Source: Zoogloeaceae bacterium (GTDB taxonomy: Bacteria > Pseudomonadota > Gammaproteobacteria > Burkholderiales > Rhodocyclaceae). From it: a stretch of DNA of 55,307 bases. The DNA is taken from the NCBI GenBank assembly GCA_031276915.1, contig JAISME010000022.1, positions 1 to 55,307 of the forward strand, read 5' to 3'. Under the pieces are notes generated by a model, which did no database searches, was not told the origin of the DNA, and worked only from the letters and a program-made list of their open reading frames with translations. Shown here one piece after another: positions 49,561 through 55,307 of the stretch (position 1 is its first letter; every line of letters starts with the position of its first letter). The position numbers and the translations under genes are program-made.

Positions 49561-50832
49561 TCATGGCGATGGGGAAGGGGGTGTTCCGGATGGTGTTGGG
49601 CCATCGGCCCGGAAGGGTTGCCGCGCGTTTTCCGCGGACGCGCGCAAGGTTTGCAGGGCCTGGTGGCGCAGGACCAGTTCGACCGGCAGCGCCGGGCGCG
49701 TGCCGGCGCCGATGGCGTCGATCCAGCGTGCCATCTGGTCAACCCACGCGAGGGCGTCGTCGCGCCCGGGCGCGTGGTCGAGCAAGGCGGGATCGAGACG
49801 CGCGACAGTGTCGGCGAAGCGAAAGGCGGCGAGCGCCAGGGGCGTGAGCTCCAGGGGCTCGGCCAGTTGGCGGAGACGATGCGCCGCGCCGGCGAGCAGT
49901 TCGATGTCCGGCGGCACGGTTTCCAGCGCGTGGCGCATGTCCTCGATTTCGTCGGCGGCTTCGGCGGCGAAAAGCGCGTTGATGGTCTCCGAGCGCGGGC
50001 CACTTTCCGTGGATTCCAGGCGGTGCGCCAGTTGCGCGACTCGTTCGGAGAGCGCGTCGTGCTCCAGGAAACCGGCTTCCGCGACAAGTTCCACGGTCGC
50101 GGCAAGCGCCGTCAGGCGGCGCGGCGCGGGCGACGTGGTTTCCATGCCATCCAGGGCGGAGACAAACGCCTCCGCAAGTTTCAACGGGGCGGGATGATCC
50201 AGGGCGAGCGCGCCTTCCAGCAATTTGACGGCGGCGCGGCGCAGGGGCTGCCAATCCATATCCGCGGACGCCTTTCCTCCCTGCGCCGCCCAGGCCAGGG
50301 TCAGGGCATCCACGGCGGCGTCCCAGACGCGGCGCTGGCGGGTCGTGAAACGCGGCGCGCGCGGGGCCGCGAAAAGCGGCAGGATGGACGCCATTGCCGT
50401 CAGCGTGCCGGTCAGCGGCGTTCCTTCGGGCACCGTGCCGATTTCCGTTGTCGCCATGTTCGCCGCGCCTTTTCCCTGTTCCTCCTGCCGCGCCGGCTCG
50501 AACGGCGCGCGCAGGGCGCGCAGCAAGGCGTTGTCTGGAGAAAGGGAAGCATCCAGGAAGGCCCGCTTGAGCTCCAGCTCCACCCGCGCCGCCAGACGCC
50601 GGTATTCCAGGAGCGGCGCAATGCGCCCGTCCGCGATGCCGCGCAAAAGCTCCCGCGCCGCGCCCGCCAGCATCCGGCAGGCGGGACCGGGACAGGCAGC
50701 GACCGCTTCCAGGGCGGCGATCATGGTGGTCAGCCCGGCCCTGTCTTCCGGATTCTTGAGCCAGGCGAGCAGACCTTCCTGGTAGCGGGCGCGCAGGGTG
50801 GCGAATTCAGCCGGCGCGCCGGGAGAAGGCAT
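49561..50832 (-). CDS. Helical Hpt-like / chemosensory scaffold protein
   Basis: LFAAEA...AHRLR Hpt-like segment. Confidence 0.5.
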   Translation of the reverse strand: MPSPGAPAEFATLRARYQEGLLAWLKNPEDRAGLTTMIAALEAVAACPGPACRMLAGAARELLRGIADGRIAPLLEYRRLAARVELELKRAFLDASLSPDNALLRALRAPFEPARQEEQGKGAANMATTEIGTVPEGTPLTGTLTAMASILPLFAAPRAPRFTTRQRRVWDAAVDALTLAWAAQGGKASADMDWQPLRRAAVKLLEGALALDHPAPLKLAEAFVSALDGMETTSPAPRRLTALAATVELVAEAGFLEHDALSERVAQLAHRLESTESGPRSETINALFAAEAADEIEDMRHALETVPPDIELLAGAAHRLRQLAEPLELTPLALAAFRFADTVARLDPALLDHAPGRDDALAWVDQMARWIDAIGAGTRPALPVELVLRHQALQTLRASAENARQPFRADGPTPSGTPPSPSP

Positions 50833-51286
50833 CGATCACTTCCGGTGGGGCCTGCACCAGCTCGATCAGGACGCCTTCGCCGCTTACGGGGAATTCCGCG
50901 TTCCCCCTGGGATGCAGGAAACAAATATCGAACCCGGCCGCCCCGCGCCGGATACCACCGGGCGCAAAACGCACGCCGTTGGCGGAAAGCCATTCCACGG
51001 CCCTGGGCAGGTCGTCGATCCACAGGCCGACATGATTCAGGGGCGTCGCGTGCACGGCGGGTTTCTTTTCCGGGTCCAGGGGGCGCATCAGGTCCACTTC
51101 CACCTTGAAAGGACCGCTGCCGATGGCGCAGATGTCTTCATCCACGTTTTCCCGCTCGCTCCGGAAAGAGCCGGTCAGGTCGAGTCCCAGCCGGTCGACC
51201 CAGAGGGCTTTCAGTTTTTCCTTGGAAAGACCGCCGATGGCGATCTGCTGGATGCCCAGAACCTTGAAAGGACGTGTATCGTTCAT
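50807..51286 (-). CDS. VOC-family protein (methylmalonyl-CoA epimerase-like)
   Basis: [26 protein letters not shown]. Confidence 0.85.
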   Translation of the reverse strand: MNDTRPFKVLGIQQIAIGGLSKEKLKALWVDRLGLDLTGSFRSERENVDEDICAIGSGPFKVEVDLMRPLDPEKKPAVHATPLNHVGLWIDDLPRAVEWLSANGVRFAPGGIRRGAAGFDICFLHPRGNAEFPVSGEGVLIELVQAPPEVIDAFSRRAG

Positions 51287-51556
51287 GATTGATATGAACG
51301 CCTTCTGCCCGTGCGGGTTTTCGCGTGTTTCGACCGACAGGATGGAGTGCGGCGTTCTCTCCGATCCCGCCACAGCCCGCCCGCTGTCGCGGGCTCCGGT
51401 TCAACCTGTCCCTGTCGCCACAAGCACTGCCCGCGCAACCTTCCGGCGCTTTTCCTCCTGGTTAAACATTCATCGACAGCGCGCCTGACGGGTTTGATTC
51501 CGATCTCGTCGCTGTTCCCGGGAAGCTGGCATTGTAGCAGCGGATAACGCGCAATG

Positions 51557-51588
51557 CCCCGACCCGGCGGGGTTTTGCCGGGTCGGGG
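51557..51588. terminator. GC hairpin downstream of rng
   Basis: CCCCGACCCGGC...GCCGGGTCGGGG. Confidence 0.5.
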
Positions 51589-51622
51589 GAGAGAAGACAC
51601 GGGAAGAAGCGTTTCCCCTGGC

Positions 51623-53086
51623 CTACAGCAGGACAATATCGTATTGCTCCTGCCCGTAGCTCGTTTCCGCTTGCAGGGAAACCGTCTTGCCGATGGTGTC
51701 GGACAGGGCGGCGAGCGCTTGGGATTCCTCATCCAGGAAGAGGTCGATGACCTGGGGACTGGCCAGGACACGGTATTCCTGCGCGTCGAACTGGCGGGTT
51801 TCACGCAGGAGCTCGCGCAGGATTTCATAGGAAACGGTGCGGGCTGTCTTGATCTCGCCGCGTCCGCCGCATATGGGACAGGGTTCGCAAAGCACATGCG
51901 CCAGGGATTCGCGGGTGCGCTTGCGCGTCATTTCCACGAGCCCCAGGGCAGTGAAGCCGTTGACCGTCAGGCGTGTGTGGTCGCGCGCCAGCGCCTTGTT
52001 GAAGGCGGTGAGCACCGCCTGGCGATGCTCCAGGTTATCCATGTCGATAAAGTCGACAATGATGATGCCGCCCAGATTGCGTATGCACAACTGGCGGGCA
52101 ATCGCCTGCGCGGCCTCGAGGTTGGTCTTGAAGACGGTGTCGTCGAAATTGCGGATGCCCACGAAACCGCCGGTGTTGACATCGATGGTGGTCATCGCCT
52201 CGGTCTGGTCGATAATCAGATAGCCGCCGGATTTCAGGTCCACCCGCCGCGCCAGCGCCTTTTCGATTTCGTTCTCGACGCCGTACAGATCGAAAAGTGG
52301 CCGCGTACCGGTGTATTGGGCGAGGATTTGCGTGACCTTCGGCATGTATTCGACGGCGAATTCCTGGAGCTTGTGGAATTCTTCCGTCGAATCGACCAGG
52401 ATGCGACAGGTCGCGTCATTGACCAGATCCCGCAACACGCGCTGCGCCAGATGAAGTTCGACGTAGAGAGAAAGCGGCGCGCCCGCGACGCGCGCCTTTT
52501 CCTGGATGCCGTTCCAGAGCTTGCGCAGGTAGGCAATGTCGACGGAAAGTTCCGCGTCGGTGGCGTTTTCCGCCATTGTGCGCACGATGAAGCCGCCTTC
52601 CTCGTTTTCCGGCACCAGTGCCACGAGGCGAGTCCGGAGAAGTTCCCGGTCGGTAGCGTCCCCAATGCGCTGCGAAATGCCAATGTGTCTTTCCCGGGGA
52701 AGATAGACGAGCATGCGCCCGGCCAGTGAAATCTGGGTGGAAAGCCGCGCGCCCTTGCTGCCGAGCGGATCCTTGATTACCTGCACCATCAGATTCTGGC
52801 CTTCGCTCAGGATTTTCTCGATGGGTTTTTCCCGTTCCGATTCGCCGGCGGGATTGCGGGATTGCCAGATGTCGGCCACATGCAGGAAGGCGGTGCGCTC
52901 CAGCCCAATATCGATGAAGGCGGACTGCATGCCAGGCAAGATACGGCTGACCCGTCCCAGGTAGATGTTGCCAACCAGCCCCTGACTGACGACGCGCTCA
53001 ATGTGCAATTCCTGCACAACCCCCTGCGCCATGACGGCGACTCGCGTTTCCACGGGGGAAAAATTGATGAGGATTTCTTCAGTCAT
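51623..53086 (-). CDS. rng: Ribonuclease G
   Basis: GNIYLGRV, PGMQSAFIDIG, TEAMTTIDVNTG, GGIIIVDFIDM, EMTRKR. Confidence 0.96.
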   Translation of the reverse strand: MTEEILINFSPVETRVAVMAQGVVQELHIERVVSQGLVGNIYLGRVSRILPGMQSAFIDIGLERTAFLHVADIWQSRNPAGESEREKPIEKILSEGQNLMVQVIKDPLGSKGARLSTQISLAGRMLVYLPRERHIGISQRIGDATDRELLRTRLVALVPENEEGGFIVRTMAENATDAELSVDIAYLRKLWNGIQEKARVAGAPLSLYVELHLAQRVLRDLVNDATCRILVDSTEEFHKLQEFAVEYMPKVTQILAQYTGTRPLFDLYGVENEIEKALARRVDLKSGGYLIIDQTEAMTTIDVNTGGFVGIRNFDDTVFKTNLEAAQAIARQLCIRNLGGIIIVDFIDMDNLEHRQAVLTAFNKALARDHTRLTVNGFTALGLVEMTRKRTRESLAHVLCEPCPICGGRGEIKTARTVSYEILRELLRETRQFDAQEYRVLASPQVIDLFLDEESQALAALSDTIGKTVSLQAETSYGQEQYDIVLL

Positions 53087-53239
53087 GGCGTAAGGCCGGG
53101 AACCGCATCCCTGAAATGGCCCGCATTGTACCCGAGCGGGCATGTTCCGGCACGCCGGGCGGCCAGGTGCATCGAAGGCTGGATGCCCTGGTTGATTTCC
53201 AGGGAACCTCTGGTCAACAACGATTTCGATCACACCATG

Positions 53240-53700
53240 GATAAGCTCCGGTGCGTGTCCCTGAATCCTTTCTTCCGGGTTACGACGTTTTTTCTTTTTT
53301 CCCCTTTGATGCGAGCAGCGTGCGAGGCGCGCAGGCTGTCTGGTCCTTCGCGTTGCGGGAACCGGTTCGGGCCAGAATGCAACACATCGGGATGGATGAA
53401 GCGTCGGGTGACCACCAGCAGGCCATCCAGAGCAATTCTGACAACCGCTACAGTTCGGCGACGATGAGTTCCTGCGCGGTGGAAAGCGCGGTGTGCGGAG
53501 TGTACGCCCGACGCAAGCGATCTTCCGTATCTTCACGGTTCCGCCATTTGAAGATCGTGCTCTTGCTGACGCTGTAGTGTTTTATCCGTTTGCGTTGCGA
53601 CACGCTGGCCTCACGCAACGCTCGTATTTCCGCCCACGTTTTCGGTGTGGCGCACGCCTGGCTGTGCGAGGTGTGGCCCATGATGTTGATGAAATTCGAT
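53240..53700 (-). pseudogene. IS481-like transposase remnant
   Basis: HS.A.ATP...Y.VS..TI.KWR.R..TED...PH.ALS.AQELI N-terminus, then stop/frameshift; limits approximate. Confidence 0.6.
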
Positions 53701-53848
53701 TTACGCCAATAGAATGTGTTCTATTCGGAACCAAGACCAGTCATGGCGCGGAATATGATTGGATAGAATGGAATAGTCCAAAAACTCGATAAAATCGTAT
53801 TTTCCTCTCTCACTCCGGAACGCTATAACTCTTTTATTCGTTGGTATT

Positions 53849-54148
53849 TTGGCGTGTGCTTTGGCTTTTGCGTTTTGTGACGGATTTGTTCTCAATCCTT
53901 TGTCAAGGTTTCATTTGTCCGTTGCTGCAAAAGCTTTGGAAGATAATTCTGCGGTGTCTGAAGCTGTTGTGGCGGGTAATGTTGTTCGTGCTGGAGCAGG
54001 TTCTCCTCACGGGGGTAATGTGTATAATCGGTCGCGTTTTCCGATTGTTGGTGGTGTAATAAACGGAGATAGGCCGTTTGCTGATAGTGTCATTACTATC
54101 AAGGCTGGATTAAAGCGTGCTGATGGTATGTATAGGTTACATTTTTGA
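53849..54148 (+). CDS. Low-GC hypothetical ORF
   Basis: Only sizeable + strand ORF in an AT-rich patch; no recognised motif. Confidence 0.3.
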   Translation: MACALAFAFCDGFVLNPLSRFHLSVAAKALEDNSAVSEAVVAGNVVRAGAGSPHGGNVYNRSRFPIVGGVINGDRPFADSVITIKAGLKRADGMYRLHF

Positions 54149-54504
54149 TGTTGGCGGTGTTGAAATTGATGAATTATTGTTGTCCTGATACAAGATATTC
54201 CCGGTGTCTTTTTACCATGTGAAGTTGTTCTATTTTCGGGAAAAATACTTGGTTGATTTGAGCTGTCTGCCTCCTTTTTTTCCGTCTTTTGCTGGTCCTT
54301 TGGGGATAATGGTATACGAATTCCGGACGTGCGTCCTTGATACATCTCCCTTTTTTATTAATTATACTAGATTTTTAAAAGGGGTTTGTAAGGATGAAGG
54401 TAAAATAATTTTACTTTTCATGCCAAGTGTATATAAAGCGGGGTTTGTTAAAATCTATTGCGATTTATTTCTTGTCTATATGTATATTACGTGTATAATT
54501 ATTT

Positions 54505-54600
54505 CATGTCTACCGTGGAGATGTTATCCGAGTCATTTCGGCTCGGAGGGCGTTGAAATGGGAACGTAGGGTTTATGAGAAGAGGTGTTGTGTTGGGTGA
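54505..54600 (+). pseudogene. brnT: brnT toxin C-terminal remnant
   Basis: Frame reads HVYRGDVIRVISARRALKWERRVYEK, with an in-frame stop just upstream and no start. Confidence 0.75.
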
Positions 54601-54877
54601 ATATGATTTTTCCGGGGGTGCCCGGGGTGCCCGGGGTGCCCGGGGTGCGATTATTAAGTCGTCTGGTAAAACTCGGGTTACGCTTTATCTTGATGATGAT
54701 GTTCTCGAAGCGTTTCGCCTGCGGTCCGATCGTGAGGGGCGGGGATATCAAACGTTGATAAACGAGGCGTTGCGCGGTGTAATTGATCCGGATTCTGTTC
54801 CCTTTACGCTTGGTTTATTGCGTCAAGTTTTGAGGGAAGAGTTCGGGATACGCTTAGCGCCGGGGGAGACTGGTTGA
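54575..54877 (+). CDS. brnA: BrnA-family antitoxin
   Basis: EYDFS, KTRVTLYLDDDVLEAFR, GYQTLINEALR. Confidence 0.88.
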   Translation: MRRGVVLGEYDFSGGARGARGARGAIIKSSGKTRVTLYLDDDVLEAFRLRSDREGRGYQTLINEALRGVIDPDSVPFTLGLLRQVLREEFGIRLAPGETG

Positions 54878-54914
54878 CATCGGGTGTTTTTATTTAAGCG
54901 GGGGCGCTCCTGGA

Positions 54915-55307
54915 GAGTGTCGTCACAAAATTTCCGCCTACAGAGCGATACAGCGGATTTGCACGGCAGCCACGAAAGAAGCCGGATTCTTGGCATAACG
55001 GGTTGCAATGCCGCGCCAGGCTTCAGATGCATGCGCCTTCACGTAACTTGCGTCGATCATCAGCCATTCGTAATCCACTTTGTCGATCAGACACGCCAGC
55101 AGGGATTCCCAGACTCCCTTGTCTCACCAACGGCAAAAACGTCGGTGCGTGTTCTTCCAGTCTCCATACGATGGTGGCAAATCTCGCCAGGGCTCCGATG
55201 CGCAAAATCCAGGACACCGCGTTGATGAATTGCCGGTTATCCCGCGCCTTGCCACCCCAGGAGCCTTTCCGACCCGGAAGATGGGGTTCCAGAAGTTCCC
55301 ATACATG
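54915..55307 (-). mobile_element. Degenerate IS5-family element, truncated by the window edge
   Basis: PWRDLP..YGDWKNTHRRFCRW and MIDAS.VKAH fragments with stops, frameshifts and an internal deletion. Confidence 0.8.

Noticed and set aside
54204..54569. 121-aa ORF in the AT-rich patch
   Set aside because: Composition looks non-coding and it spans the brnTA promoter.

Overview
GC-rich betaproteobacterial (Rhodocyclales-like, by inference) chromosomal window. The housekeeping backbone is pilA, ispH, fkpB, ruvB, serC, ychF, ptsI/ptsH/EIIA, glmM, a partial pilO-pilT-pilB cluster, polA and rng. It is interrupted by a ~21 kb integrative mobilizable element (10045-31206) inserted at the 3' end of ychF, with visible att repeats. 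The element carries a P4-type integrase, AlpA, a TrfA-like Rep with iterons, KfrA, a MOBQ relaxase, an orphan DotA/TraY module, a resolvase with an XcyI/Cfr9I-like RM system, a membrane GNAT and Sir2-HerA. Most striking observations: (1) an in-frame insertion in serC made of a 28-bp duplication plus a 32-bp AT-richer insert, matching type I-F CRISPR spacer-acquisition geometry; (2) a mobilizable island with DotA/TraY but no other T4BSS core genes; (3) a coupled radical-SAM/zinc-ribbon-kinase pair; (4) a recombining array of three small paralogs below pilA; (5) a G18 tract in the sigma54 pilA upstream region; (6) an 11-bp-phased GTGG array and a 130-bp inverted repeat in the island. The right end holds IS481/IS5 remnants and a brnTA locus with a deleted toxin. 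All product calls come from motif recognition by eye; no database searches were run.
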